From positions 96,001 to 160,000 of the forward strand of contig CAVVMW010000021.1 in NCBI GenBank assembly GCA_963749495.1: a stretch of DNA of 64,000 nucleotides, read 5' to 3'. The notes below the pieces were generated by a model. The model saw only the letters and a list, made by a program, of their open reading frames with translations, was not told the origin of the DNA and searched no databases. Shown here piece by piece: positions 10,028-20,530 of the stretch. This DNA comes from an uncultured bacterium. Its GTDB lineage: Bacteria > Verrucomicrobiota > Verrucomicrobiia > Limisphaerales > UBA8199. Within the stretch, counting starts at the first letter, position 1; every line of letters begins with the position of its first letter. The position numbers were made by a program, and so were the translations under genes.

Positions 10028-10245
10028 AAACTTGACCTGTCTGCATCACATTTTGAAATTCAAGGACTCTAGCGGACATTTCCAGTTCGAATCTGTCGTT
10101 CTGTGGTTCCGGCAGCGTATCGGTTCAAAGGTAGAACGCTCGAGGGGGCACTTTGGTTCGGAGTTTTTTTCAGGTGAGATTGCGCTTTTCCTGGCCCTGG
10201 CCTTCTGGCAAGAGTGCGTTATAGTTTCATGAAGGGAAGCAGAGT

Positions 10246-11829
10246 ATGACTGACACCAAACCAGTTTTCAACGGGCCGCCCTCGCCCGAGGAATTTCAGA
10301 AGCAGTTGTCGGAGTTCGTGCGCCAGCACTTCCAGAACCTGCGCGCCCAGCCCTCCCCGGAGCCGGAGGGCGCCGGGGCGCCTCAAGGCGAGGAAGGCCG
10401 GACCAAGCCGGAGGGACTCGATTTCAAGCGCAAGCCGCGCGACATCAAGGAGTACCTCGACCGCTTCGTCATCAAGCAGGACGAGGCCAAGAAGGTGCTC
10501 AGCGTGGCCTTGTGCGACCACTACCACCACGTGCGGCTGGCCATCGAAGACAAGGAATCCCCCAATTACGCCAAGCAAAACATCATCCTCATCGGGCCGA
10601 CCGGTGTGGGAAAGACGTTCCTCATCCGCAACGCCGCCGACCTCATCGGCGTGCCCTTCGTGAAGGCCGACGCGACCAAGTTCTCGGAAACCGGCTATGT
10701 GGGGGGAGACGTCGAGGACATGGTCCGCGACCTGGTGCGGCTGGCGGACGGGGACATCAACCGCGCCAAGTACGGGATTATCTACATCGACGAGATCGAT
10801 AAGATCGCCGCCGCCAGCAACATGGCGGGCCGGGATGTCAGCGGCCGGGGCGTGCAGACCAATTTGCTCAAGCTGATGGAAGAGACGGAAGTGCCGGCGC
10901 GCTCGCCCAACGACATCGCGGGCCAAATCCAGGCCATGATGGATTTCACGCAGCGCGGGCGCAAGGCCCCGAGCACCATCAACACCAAGCATATCCTGTT
11001 CATTGTCAGCGGGGCCTTCGACGGCCTGGAGAAGATTGCGCGCAAGCGCCTGCGCAACGCCACCATCGGCTTCGCCGCCAAGGAGCGCCCCCCCGAGAGC
11101 GAGGCCGAAGTCCTGGGCCGCGCCCAGACCGGGGATTTCATCGAGTTCGGCTTCGAGCCGGAGTTCATCGGGCGGCTCCCGGTCCGCGTCGTCTGCCATG
11201 CGCTGGAAGTCGCCGACCTGTTCCAGATCCTCAAGAACTCCGAGGGGAGCATCGTCCGCCAATACGAGCAGGACTTCGCCGCCTACGGCATCGAGGTGCT
11301 GTTTTCCGACGACGGCCTGCGCGCCATCGCCGAGCGGGCGGGGGAGGAACGGACCGGGGCGCGCGGGCTCATGACCGTCTGCGAGCGGGTCTTCCGGGAC
11401 ATCAAATTCGAGCTGCCCTCCACCGGCGTCAAACGCTTCGTGGTCACGCGCCAACTGGTCGATGACCCCGCCGGCGAATTGAAAAAGATCCTCGCCGACC
11501 CGCGGCAGGAGGAGCGGCTCGTCGCCCGCCAGTTGGTGGACGAGTTCGCCCGCCGCTTCCAGGAGACCCACGGGATGAGCATCCGCTTCACCGGCGCCGC
11601 CGCCGACCTGCTCGTCAACCAGGCCCTCCAAAAGGGCCAGTCCGTCCGCGACCTCTGCGCCGCCCGCTTCCGCGACTTTCACTTCGGCCTCAAGCTCATC
11701 GCCCAGAACTCTACCCAGCGCGAGTTCGTCCTCGACACCGACGCCGTCCTGGCCCCCGACAAGGTCCTGAGCGACTGGGTGGTGGCCAGTTACCGGACGG
11801 CGGACAAGCCGCAGGGCCTTGGTCCTTGA
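10246..11829 (+). CDS. ClpX-like AAA+ ATPase lacking the N-terminal Zn-binding domain
   Basis: Walker A GPTGVGKT, ADATKFSETGYVGGDVE, Walker B IIYIDEIDKI, RDVSGRGVQ, IGF loop, GARGL. Confidence 0.88.
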   Translation: MTDTKPVFNGPPSPEEFQKQLSEFVRQHFQNLRAQPSPEPEGAGAPQGEEGRTKPEGLDFKRKPRDIKEYLDRFVIKQDEAKKVLSVALCDHYHHVRLAIEDKESPNYAKQNIILIGPTGVGKTFLIRNAADLIGVPFVKADATKFSETGYVGGDVEDMVRDLVRLADGDINRAKYGIIYIDEIDKIAAASNMAGRDVSGRGVQTNLLKLMEETEVPARSPNDIAGQIQAMMDFTQRGRKAPSTINTKHILFIVSGAFDGLEKIARKRLRNATIGFAAKERPPESEAEVLGRAQTGDFIEFGFEPEFIGRLPVRVVCHALEVADLFQILKNSEGSIVRQYEQDFAAYGIEVLFSDDGLRAIAERAGEERTGARGLMTVCERVFRDIKFELPSTGVKRFVVTRQLVDDPAGELKKILADPRQEERLVARQLVDEFARRFQETHGMSIRFTGAAADLLVNQALQKGQSVRDLCAARFRDFHFGLKLIAQNSTQREFVLDTDAVLAPDKVLSDWVVASYRTADKPQGLGP

Positions 11830-11863
11830 CAATTGTTGGTCAGATCAAAACACTCCATTTCAG

Positions 11864-13453
11864 ATGAGCGCAACAGGCCGCAGCAGACTTTTCACCGGGA
11901 CGATCGTCCTGGCGACAGCCCTGGCCGCAGGGGCTTCCGCCCAGGATCGTGTCAAGATTGCCAATGGCATCCTTGAGGGGACTTCGAACGCCGGCTCCGG
12001 AGTTCGCAGTTTCAAAGGCATCCCCTTCGCCGAGCCGCCCCTTGGGGATCTGCGCTGGAAGCCGCCGCAGCCGGTCCAGAACTGGCGGGGCGCGCGCAAG
12101 GCCGACAAGTTCGGCCCGCGCGCCATGCAACGCGCCATCTTCGGCGACATGGTTTTCAGGTCGAGCGGTGTTAGCGAAGACTGCCTCTACCTGAACGTCT
12201 GGACGCCCGCCAAATCGAGCCGGGAGAAGCTGCCGGTGCTGGTCTATTTTTATGGCGGCGGGTTCATGGCGGGCGACGGCTCGGAACCGCGCTACGATGG
12301 CGAGAGCATGGCCAGGAAGGGCATCGTGGCGGTCACGGTCAACTACCGCCTGGGCGTGTTCGGCTTTTTCGCCCATCCCGAATTGAGCCGGGAGTCGCCC
12401 TGCCATGCCTCGGGCAATTATGGCCTGCTCGATCAGCAGGCGGCGCTCAAGTGGGTCCGGGAGAACATCGCCGCCTTCGGCGGCGACCCGATGCGCGTGA
12501 CCATCGCCGGCGAATCGGCCGGCTCGATCTCGGTCAGCGCGCAGATGGCCTCGCCGCTCTCAAAAGGCTTGTTCGCCGGCGCGATTGGCGAGAGCGGCTC
12601 CATCCTCGGCGTGGCCTCGGCCATCCCGCTCTCCGAAGCCGAGGAGAAGGGCGTCAAGTTCGCCTTGAGCCTCGGGACCAACAGCGCCCTCCCACTGGCG
12701 GCGCTGCGCGCGATGCCGGCCGAGGAATTGCTCGCCGCGGCCAAGCCCGGGCTGCCGTGGTTCGGCCCGACGGTGGACGGGTGGTTCTTGCCGAAATCTC
12801 CGTTTGAGATTTACGCGGCGGGCGAACAGGCGTGGGTCCCGTTGCTGGCCGGCTCGAACTCCGAGGAGGCGGGCTGGCGCGAGGTCCTCGGGCGCGACCC
12901 GCCAACCGTCGAGAATTACCGCAAGGCCCTCGGGCGGCTTTACAGCGGCAAGGCCGGCGAGGTCTTCAAGCTCTACCCGGCCTCGAACGAAGCCGAGGTG
13001 ATGGACGCCGCGCAGGACCTGGCGGGGGACCGCTTCATCAGCTACAGCACCTGGAAGTGGCTTGATTTGGCGGCCAAAACCGGCGGCCGGCCCACTTACT
13101 ACTACCTCTACTGCCGACCGCGTCCGGCCACGCCCAGTGCCTCGAGCGGGCCCCAGCCCGGCGCCAACAGCCCGCGCGGCGCCGTCCATTCCGCCGAGAT
13201 CGAATACGCCCTGGGCAACCTCGACTCGAACAAGGTCTATGCCTGGACCCCGGAGGATTACAAAGTCTCGAAAGTGATGCAGGAGTACTTCGCCAACTTC
13301 ATCAAGACCGCCAACCCCAACGGCCCCGCCCTGCCCGATTGGCCCAGGTTCGACCGCGGCCAACGCCTCATCATCGATGTCAATACCCGCGCCGAACCCG
13401 AAAAGGTCCGCGCGCGTTGCGAGTTCCTGGACCAGTTTTACATCAAAAAGTAG
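11864..13453 (+). CDS. Carboxylesterase type B, secreted
   Basis: SEDCLYLNVW, GGGF oxyanion motif, NYRLG, GESAG nucleophile, AVHSAEI; signal peptide. Confidence 0.93.
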   Translation: MSATGRSRLFTGTIVLATALAAGASAQDRVKIANGILEGTSNAGSGVRSFKGIPFAEPPLGDLRWKPPQPVQNWRGARKADKFGPRAMQRAIFGDMVFRSSGVSEDCLYLNVWTPAKSSREKLPVLVYFYGGGFMAGDGSEPRYDGESMARKGIVAVTVNYRLGVFGFFAHPELSRESPCHASGNYGLLDQQAALKWVRENIAAFGGDPMRVTIAGESAGSISVSAQMASPLSKGLFAGAIGESGSILGVASAIPLSEAEEKGVKFALSLGTNSALPLAALRAMPAEELLAAAKPGLPWFGPTVDGWFLPKSPFEIYAAGEQAWVPLLAGSNSEEAGWREVLGRDPPTVENYRKALGRLYSGKAGEVFKLYPASNEAEVMDAAQDLAGDRFISYSTWKWLDLAAKTGGRPTYYYLYCRPRPATPSASSGPQPGANSPRGAVHSAEIEYALGNLDSNKVYAWTPEDYKVSKVMQEYFANFIKTANPNGPALPDWPRFDRGQRLIIDVNTRAEPEKVRARCEFLDQFYIKK

Positions 13454-13528
13454 AGCGAGGATTCGAGCACGTGGTCCGGTTCAATGCGCTTGACGCCATT
13501 GAGGAACTGAGGAACACTCCGCCCATCC

Positions 13529-14680
13529 ATGCGGATGCGAGGAACCAACAGGCCGCGCGCAAAAGTCAATTATCTCGCGCACACGGCGCCAGATTCGCCC
13601 GCGGCACTCCGTGAGGGCTCGCAACTGGACTTTTCATCGATACAGAAACCAGAAGAGATCGAGAGTTCGAAAGCGGTGCCGGATTCCTTTGCGCTGTCGC
13701 CAAGGGTCTATCGTCGCGGCGGCTGTTCCATCTACCTGGGTGATGTGCTGGATTTCTATCCGCGTTGGGAGCGGCCCTCGGTGATCATCTCAGACGGGGC
13801 GTACGGGCTGGGCAGCTTTCCGGGCGATCCGCCTACGTCTGCCGGACTCGAGGACTGGTACCGCCCGCACGTCGAGGCCTGGAGGAAGTTCGCGCTCCCC
13901 AGCACAACGCTGTGGTTTTGGAACAGCGAACTGGGCTGGGCTACGGTGCATCCCCTTCTGGCAAAGGCCGGCTGGGAATACCGTTGCTGCCATGTGTGGG
14001 ATAAGGGGATTGCGCATATCGCTGGCAATGCCAACACCAAGACGTTAAGGAAATTTCCGGTCGTCACGGAGGTCTGCGTGCAATACGTGAAGCGGACTTA
14101 TTTCGAGGCACAGGGCATGCGGATGACGATGCAGGAATGGCTGAGGCATGAATGGATTCGGGCTGGCTTGCCCTTGTGGAAGACCAACCACGCTTGCGGT
14201 GTCAAGAACGCGGCGACTCGCAAATACTTCACGGCGGACCATCTTTGGTATTTTCCGCCTCCGGAGGCCTTCGACGCGCTTGTCCGTTACGCGAACCAGC
14301 ACGGCAAGCCTTCCGGCCGGCCCTACTTCTCAATTGACGGCAAGCGTCCTCTGACCGGAGAGGAGTGGTGTCAAATGCGCGCCAAATTCACCTGCTCCGC
14401 TGGCGTTACCAATGTCTGGCGGGAACCGGCCGTCCGGGGCATTGAACGGCTAAAAGAGGAAAGTCAATGCATCCACATGAACCAGAAGCCCCTCAAGCTG
14501 CTGGAGCGTTGCATCAATGCGAGTTCGGACCCTGGCGAGGTCATCTGGGAGCCGTTCGGCGGGCTCTGCTCGGCGACGCTCGCCGCTCATCGCCTGAAGC
14601 GGCGTGCCTACGCCGCCGAATCAGTCGCCGAGTTCTATCAGATCGCCGTCCGCCGGCTGGAGAACTACGATGTCTTCTAA
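13529..14680 (+). CDS. Site-specific DNA amino-methyltransferase (N4-C/N6-A, beta order), atypical motifs; start uncertain
   Basis: IYLGDVLD, ISDGAYG (DPPY position), HMNQKPLKLLERCI, VIWEPFGGLCS (FxGxG position). Confidence 0.85.
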   Translation: MRMRGTNRPRAKVNYLAHTAPDSPAALREGSQLDFSSIQKPEEIESSKAVPDSFALSPRVYRRGGCSIYLGDVLDFYPRWERPSVIISDGAYGLGSFPGDPPTSAGLEDWYRPHVEAWRKFALPSTTLWFWNSELGWATVHPLLAKAGWEYRCCHVWDKGIAHIAGNANTKTLRKFPVVTEVCVQYVKRTYFEAQGMRMTMQEWLRHEWIRAGLPLWKTNHACGVKNAATRKYFTADHLWYFPPPEAFDALVRYANQHGKPSGRPYFSIDGKRPLTGEEWCQMRAKFTCSAGVTNVWREPAVRGIERLKEESQCIHMNQKPLKLLERCINASSDPGEVIWEPFGGLCSATLAAHRLKRRAYAAESVAEFYQIAVRRLENYDVF

Positions 14681-15599
14681 ACCCCCTCCCACCCCGCCGG
14701 CCAAACGCCTTCCGGATGAGTTGTGGCTGCATCACGCCCTCTACGTGCGCGTGCGCGAGGCCCTGCTCAGTCTGCCTCTGCACTTTCGGACGCAAACCTA
14801 CATCGAAGGCATCTCAGCGATCAACATCTTCACCTTGAACTCTGCTCTGGGCGCGACAATCGAGACCCAGGTGGTGAATACTCTGAATCTCATGCGCCCC
14901 GTGTGGGATCCGGATGAGCGATACCGGCAATTCGCTTTCGTCCGGCAAGCACAGACGTTCCCGGATGTGCTGCTGCGTGGCATGACAGAGGCGGCAGCTA
15001 CTGGCGCCGACGTGCTGCTCGGTATTGAACTGAAGGGTTGGTACCTGTTGGCCAAAGAGGCTGAGCCGAGTTTCCGCTTCCAGGTCACGCCATCCGCCTG
15101 CTCAGAAGCGGACCTGATCGTCGTGGTCCCGTGGGCGTTGACGAATGTGATTTCGGGGTCGCCGATGATCTTCCCTCCTTATATCGAGTCAGCGCGCTAT
15201 GCCGCCGAGTACCGCAACTACCATTGGCAATACCTCCGTGGCGCCAAAGGCGACACAACCATCAGACACCCGGCCGGTGTGAGCCCGTACCCGCGCAAGA
15301 GCGACCGCATTGGGGATGAACCGTTAGCTGACAAAGGCGGCAACTTTGGACGATATGCGCGGACGGGGTTGATGGATGAATACCTCAGCCGTGCAAAGGC
15401 CGAGCTCCTTGCCGGCATCAGGGCCGAACACTGGTTGAGCTTCTTCAAGATCTTTCATGACCAGCGCGACCCGGCGACCATTCGGCAGGAGATCGAGAGG
15501 CTGCGCGATAAGGTCGGAGTCTCTGGAGCCCCGCCAAGCCGCGTTGACGCAGCCTTGACCGTCCTGCAAGGCATCGAGGCACTGATAGAATCAACATGA
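14670..15599 (+). CDS. Putative PD-(D/E)xK restriction endonuclease partner
   Basis: QTFPDVLL...GIELKGW; start overlaps the MTase end by 11 nt. Confidence 0.62.
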   Translation: MSSKPPPTPPAKRLPDELWLHHALYVRVREALLSLPLHFRTQTYIEGISAINIFTLNSALGATIETQVVNTLNLMRPVWDPDERYRQFAFVRQAQTFPDVLLRGMTEAAATGADVLLGIELKGWYLLAKEAEPSFRFQVTPSACSEADLIVVVPWALTNVISGSPMIFPPYIESARYAAEYRNYHWQYLRGAKGDTTIRHPAGVSPYPRKSDRIGDEPLADKGGNFGRYARTGLMDEYLSRAKAELLAGIRAEHWLSFFKIFHDQRDPATIRQEIERLRDKVGVSGAPPSRVDAALTVLQGIEALIEST

Positions 15600-15715
15600 C
15601 TGACCTCGCCAGCCGCTGGGATGTCTGAACTGCTGTCAGAAGTCCATCTTCGTTTTCTTCGTTTGCTTCTGTTTTTGTCTGGATCTCGCCCGTAGATGGC
15701 GCAATTCTGCGGGGC

Positions 15716-18700
15716 GTGAAAACGATCAACTTTCTGATTGAATCGGGAATGCTTCTGGCCCTTGCATGTTTGACCTTTGCCGGCGCAAACCGCGCGGGCG
15801 GCATTGGCGTGGCGGACTTGCGCTGCGAATACGGGAGGAACCCCACTGCCATTGGGGAGACGCGGCCCCGGTTGAGCTGGGTGGTCGAAGGCGATAAAGG
15901 GCAGCGCGGCGTGGTGCAGGGCGCTTACCAGGTCCTGGCCGCCGCCAGCCGCGACTTGCTCGACAAGGACCATGCCGATTTGTGGGACAGCGGGAAGGTC
16001 GATTCGGACCAATCCACTCAAGTGGTCTATGATGGCAAGGCCCTCGCCTCCGGCCGGACTTGCTTCTGGAAGGTCAAGCTCTGGGACCGGCAGGGCCGGG
16101 CCTCGGCCTGGAGTAAGCCGGCCACGTGGACCATGGGCCTGCTCAAGCCGGCGGATTGGACTGCCAAATGGATTGGTTACGCGCCCATTGCGGATCAGCA
16201 GGACTCCGCCAGCGCGCTCGTCAAGCAGTTTCAACGGTTGGATGGCAGCAAATGGCTCTGGGCCAACGGCGCCACGCCTGGCAACCAGCCGGCAGGGAAG
16301 GTCTATTTCCGGAAGGTCATCGAGCTTCCTGCGGACCGGGCGGTGAAACAGGCCACCTTCCTGCTGGCGGCGGATGACGGCTTCAGCCTCTTCATCAACG
16401 GCCACCTGGCGGGGCAGGGGAGCACCTGGCAGCAGGTCGCCAGCCCGGACGTGACCGGTCGCCTGCAGCCGGGCGCCAACGCCCTGGGCATCGAGGCCGT
16501 CAACGGCGGCGACACGCCCAGCCCCGCGGGCGTGATCGGACGCCTGGTCATCATCTTCGCCGCAGGCGAGCCGATGGTGGTGCCGATCAACAGTTCCTGG
16601 CAGACCAGCCGCGAGGCCGGCGGCCGATGGAACTGGGCTGATTTCGATGCCTCGGCCTGGAAGCCGGCTTCCCAAGTCGGCAGCTATGGCGATCAACCCT
16701 GGGGCAAGATCCAGGTCAACATGGCCGCCATGGACCCCGCGCCGTTCTTCCGCAAAACCTTCACCGTGAACAAGCCGATCCGCCGCGCCACCATCTTTGC
16801 CTCCGCCCTGGGCGTCTATGAACTGCACCTGAATGGAAAGCCGGTCGACAAGGACGTCCTTTCGCCCGGCTGGACCGATTATCACAAGCGCGTTCACTAC
16901 TTCGGCTACGATGTCACCCGGCAGCTCAAGCAGGGCCGCAACGCGCTGGGCGCCATCCTGGGCGACGGCTGGTATGCGGCCTACCTCGCCTTCACCGGCA
17001 AGCGCCATTATTACGGCGACAAAACCCGGTTCATCGCCCAAGTGCAGATCGAGTACGCTGATGGCACCACCGAGGTCATCGGCACCGATGACACCTGGAA
17101 GGCCGCCACCGGCCCCATCCTCGAGGGAGACCTCTTGATGGGCTCCGTCTATGATGCCCGCAAGGAATTGCCCGGCTGGGACACCCCCGATTGCCCCGAT
17201 ACCGATTGGCGCCCCGCCATCGTGGATACCGCCGTTAAAGCCAATCTCGAGGCCCATCCCGGCGCGCCCATCCGCCGCCAAGACGAGGTCCGCGCCGTCA
17301 AACTCACCGAGCCCCAGCCGGGGGTCTATGTCTTCGACCTCGGCCAGAACATCGTCGGCTGGGCCCGCCTCAAGGCCAAAGGCAAGGCCGGCCAGAAAGT
17401 CGTCGTGCGGCACGCGGAGATGCTCAACCAGGACGGGACCCTCTACACGGTGAACCTGCGCGCCGCCAAGGCCACTGACACCTATTACCTGGCCGACGGA
17501 CCCAAACGCCCCCTCGAGCCCTATTTCACTTTTCACGGCTTCCAGTACGTCGAGGTGACCGGCCTGGATGACAAGCCCGAGCTGGGCGACCTCACCGGCA
17601 TCGTGGTCCACTCCGACCTGCCGCGCGCCGGGTGGTTCGAGTGCTCCGAGCCGCTGGTCAACAAGCTGGCCCTCAACTCGCTTTGGGGCCAGAAGGGCAA
17701 TTTCCTGGATGTCCCCACCGATTGCCCGCAACGCGACGAACGCGCCGGGTGGACCGGCGACGCCCAGGTCTTCATGAAGACCGCCTGCCTGAACCTCGAT
17801 GCCCCCGGCTTCTACACCAAATGGCTCATCGATCTCTGCGACGATTCCCAACGCGCCGATGGCGCCTTCGGCGACGTCGCCCCTCACCTGGGCATCGTCG
17901 GCTTCGGCAACACCGGCTGGTCCGATGCGGGCCCCGTCTGTAATTGGCGCATGTACGAGATGTACGGCGACACCCGCGTCCTCGAGCGCCATTACGCCGA
18001 ACTGGTCCACCACATGGAGTACCTGGCCAAGACCAGCAAGGGCCTGGCGCGCGGCACCTTCGCCTATGGCGACTGGCTGCGCCTGGCCGGTCCCCAGCAC
18101 TCGGAGGCCATCGGCACCGCCTATTATTTCTATGCCGCCGGCCTTATGACGCGCATCGCCGAGGCCCTCGGCAAGAGGGACGACGCGCAACGCTACGCCA
18201 AACTGGCCGAGGAGATTCGCGGCGTTTTCGTGAAGACCTTCATCAAACCCGATGGGCGAATCGTGGACGCCAAGAACGAAAGCGGCCAGACCTTCTACGC
18301 CCTGGCCTTCGGGCTGGGCCTGGTGCCGGCGGAGATGGAGGGCGCGGTCGCCGGGCAATTCGTTGCCTCGATCAAGAAGGAAGGGGATCACCTCGCAACG
18401 GGGTTCCTGGGCACGCCGTTCGTCCTCTTCGCCCTCCAGCAGGCGGGACATCCGGAACTGGCTTACAAGCTGGTCCTCAACAGGACCTATCCCTCCTGGC
18501 TCCAGCAGGTCCTCTGGGGTTCGACCACCATGTGGGAGCGCTGGGACGGTTGGCGGCCCGATAAAGGCTTCCAGGACCCGGGCATGAACTCGTTCAACCA
18601 CTATTGGCTCGGCTGCGTCAGCGAGTGGCTCTTCACCCAGGCCGCCGGCATCGACACCGACGGCCCCGGCTTCAAACGCATCGTCATCCGTCCCGAGATC

Positions 18701-18985
18701 GTCAAGCCCGAGGCCGGGTTCGATTGGGTGAAGGCCTCTTACCATTCGCTCCGCGGCACGATTGCCAGCGCCTGGCGACTAGCCCAGGGGCAGTTTTCGC
18801 TGGATGTCACCGTGCCCGGCAATTCGGTTGCCACGGTCTATGTCCCGGCCCGGGACGCCGCCGGGGTGACCGAGAGAGGCCGGCCCGCGGCCCAGGCCCA
18901 GGGCGTGAAGTTCCTGCGCCAGGAGGCCGGCCGCGCCGTCTTCGAGATCGGCTCGGGCCAATACTCCTTCCAGAGCAAGCTTTAG
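15716..18985 (+). CDS. Glycoside hydrolase family 78 (alpha-L-rhamnosidase-like)
   Basis: LWDSGKV, FDLGQNIVGW, FTFHGFQYVE, PTDCPQRDERAGWTGD, TTMWERW, MNSFNHY. Confidence 0.95.
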   Translation: MKTINFLIESGMLLALACLTFAGANRAGGIGVADLRCEYGRNPTAIGETRPRLSWVVEGDKGQRGVVQGAYQVLAAASRDLLDKDHADLWDSGKVDSDQSTQVVYDGKALASGRTCFWKVKLWDRQGRASAWSKPATWTMGLLKPADWTAKWIGYAPIADQQDSASALVKQFQRLDGSKWLWANGATPGNQPAGKVYFRKVIELPADRAVKQATFLLAADDGFSLFINGHLAGQGSTWQQVASPDVTGRLQPGANALGIEAVNGGDTPSPAGVIGRLVIIFAAGEPMVVPINSSWQTSREAGGRWNWADFDASAWKPASQVGSYGDQPWGKIQVNMAAMDPAPFFRKTFTVNKPIRRATIFASALGVYELHLNGKPVDKDVLSPGWTDYHKRVHYFGYDVTRQLKQGRNALGAILGDGWYAAYLAFTGKRHYYGDKTRFIAQVQIEYADGTTEVIGTDDTWKAATGPILEGDLLMGSVYDARKELPGWDTPDCPDTDWRPAIVDTAVKANLEAHPGAPIRRQDEVRAVKLTEPQPGVYVFDLGQNIVGWARLKAKGKAGQKVVVRHAEMLNQDGTLYTVNLRAAKATDTYYLADGPKRPLEPYFTFHGFQYVEVTGLDDKPELGDLTGIVVHSDLPRAGWFECSEPLVNKLALNSLWGQKGNFLDVPTDCPQRDERAGWTGDAQVFMKTACLNLDAPGFYTKWLIDLCDDSQRADGAFGDVAPHLGIVGFGNTGWSDAGPVCNWRMYEMYGDTRVLERHYAELVHHMEYLAKTSKGLARGTFAYGDWLRLAGPQHSEAIGTAYYFYAAGLMTRIAEALGKRDDAQRYAKLAEEIRGVFVKTFIKPDGRIVDAKNESGQTFYALAFGLGLVPAEMEGAVAGQFVASIKKEGDHLATGFLGTPFVLFALQQAGHPELAYKLVLNRTYPSWLQQVLWGSTTMWERWDGWRPDKGFQDPGMNSFNHYWLGCVSEWLFTQAAGIDTDGPGFKRIVIRPEIVKPEAGFDWVKASYHSLRGTIASAWRLAQGQFSLDVTVPGNSVATVYVPARDAAGVTERGRPAAQAQGVKFLRQEAGRAVFEIGSGQYSFQSKL

Positions 18986-19036
18986 CCAGCGGGTCTTGAC
19001 CTTGTTGGCCGAAAGTCCGAAAATCCGCTCCACATT

Positions 19037-20380
19037 ATGCGCTCAAGACTGATTCTTCTGCTCGGATTAGTGAGCTGCGGCCTGGCTGCTGCCCAAACCC
19101 TCGAACAAAAGCCCAGCAACGCCGGCCTTGATCGTTTCGTCCCGCTCAAGGCGCCCCGGGCCTCGAGCCTGGTGCTCAAGCCCGGCGACCACCTAGCCAT
19201 CTGCGGCGATTCGATCACCGAACAGAAGATGTACTCGCGCATCATGGAGGACTACCTGACCGTGTGCGTGCCGGAGTTGAAGATCAAGGTGCGGCAGTAC
19301 GGCTGGAGCGGGGAGAAGGCCCCGGGGTTCTTGGCGCGCATGACCAACGACTGCCTCAAGTTCCGGCCTACGGTGGCCACGACCTGCTATGGCATGAATG
19401 ACCACGAATATCGCGCCTACGATGAAAAGGTCGGACGCACTTATTGTGAAAATTCCCTCGCTATCATCGAGGCCTTCAAGTCCCAGGGCGTGCGCGTCAT
19501 CCAGGGTTCGCCCGGCTGCGTGGGCAAGGTGCCTGCCTGGGTCAAGTCCGCCACCGGCACGGTCGAGGACCTCAACCTGAGCCTCTGCACCCTGCGCAAC
19601 CTGGGCATCGGCATCGCCGCCGAGGAGAAGGCCGGCTTTGCCGACGTCTTCTGGCCGATGCTCACCGCCGGCGCCGCCGGACAGCAGCGGTTCGGCGCTG
19701 ACTTCGCCATCGCCGGCAAGGACGGCGTACACCCCGGTTGGGCGGGCCACACGGTGATGGCCTATGCGTTTCTCAAGGCCCTGGGCCTCAACGGGGACAT
19801 CGGGACGTTCACGCTGGATGGCAGGGACAACCGGATGAGTGTGTCGCCCGGCCACGAGTTGGTCGCCGTCACGGAGAACGCCTTCGAGATCCGCAGCACT
19901 CGCTACCCGTTCTGCCCCTGTGTCGAGCCCGGCCAGGGCGGGGCCTCCTACCCCGTTTGCGGCCAGGACGATCCGACCAAGGACAACAGCATCCGCGCGG
20001 CCATGCGACTCATTCCCTTCAACGAGGACCTCAATCGCCTGGTCCTGGTGGTCCGCCACGCAAAGGCCCCGAGCTACAAAGTCACCTGGGGCGCCACCGC
20101 TCAGGTCTTCTTGGCCTCTCAACTGGCCAAGGGCGTAAACCTCGCCGAGGAGTTCCCCCGCAACCCGTTCTGCGCCGCCTTCGGCAAAGTCGATGCCGCC
20201 GTCGCCGCCAAGCAGGCCTACGAAACCAAACAGGTCAGGGAAATCCTCCACGGGGACCAAGCCAAGGCCGACCTCGAGGCAGCCATCACGCGAACCGAAG
20301 AGGAGCGCCAACCACTGGCCCAGGCCATCCAGGCCGTCTTCGTGCCCGTCACCCACGTGCTGAGGATCGAGCCCAGGTAA
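19037..20380 (+). CDS. SGNH/GDSL hydrolase, secreted
   Basis: GDSITE block I, GWSGE, YGMND block III, DGVHP block V. Confidence 0.9.
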   Translation: MRSRLILLLGLVSCGLAAAQTLEQKPSNAGLDRFVPLKAPRASSLVLKPGDHLAICGDSITEQKMYSRIMEDYLTVCVPELKIKVRQYGWSGEKAPGFLARMTNDCLKFRPTVATTCYGMNDHEYRAYDEKVGRTYCENSLAIIEAFKSQGVRVIQGSPGCVGKVPAWVKSATGTVEDLNLSLCTLRNLGIGIAAEEKAGFADVFWPMLTAGAAGQQRFGADFAIAGKDGVHPGWAGHTVMAYAFLKALGLNGDIGTFTLDGRDNRMSVSPGHELVAVTENAFEIRSTRYPFCPCVEPGQGGASYPVCGQDDPTKDNSIRAAMRLIPFNEDLNRLVLVVRHAKAPSYKVTWGATAQVFLASQLAKGVNLAEEFPRNPFCAAFGKVDAAVAAKQAYETKQVREILHGDQAKADLEAAITRTEEERQPLAQAIQAVFVPVTHVLRIEPR

Positions 20381-20407
20381 GAACCCGCCCCCATAATTCT
20401 CAATTCC

Positions 20408-20493
20408 GGACCTTTGTCGCAGCCTTTGTCGCAACCTTTGTCGAGGCATGGCCAGCTCGACAAAGGTTGCGACAAAGGTTGCGACAAAGGTCC
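20408..20493. repeat. Palindromic element of 12-bp tandem units (CCTTTGTCGCAA / TTGCGACAAAGG), copy 1
   Basis: Three units per arm; related copy at 42132-42205. Confidence 0.9.
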
Positions 20494-20530
20494 TCCCCCT
20501 CGCGGCGTCTTCGGACAGTCCCGAGGCAGC

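Noticed and set aside
15455..18745. Long antisense ORFs (also 10219..11832, 26866..28779, 36344..38188, 42869..45091, 56748..58883)
   Set aside because: Shadow frames of high-GC3 genes on the opposite strand; no recognisable motifs
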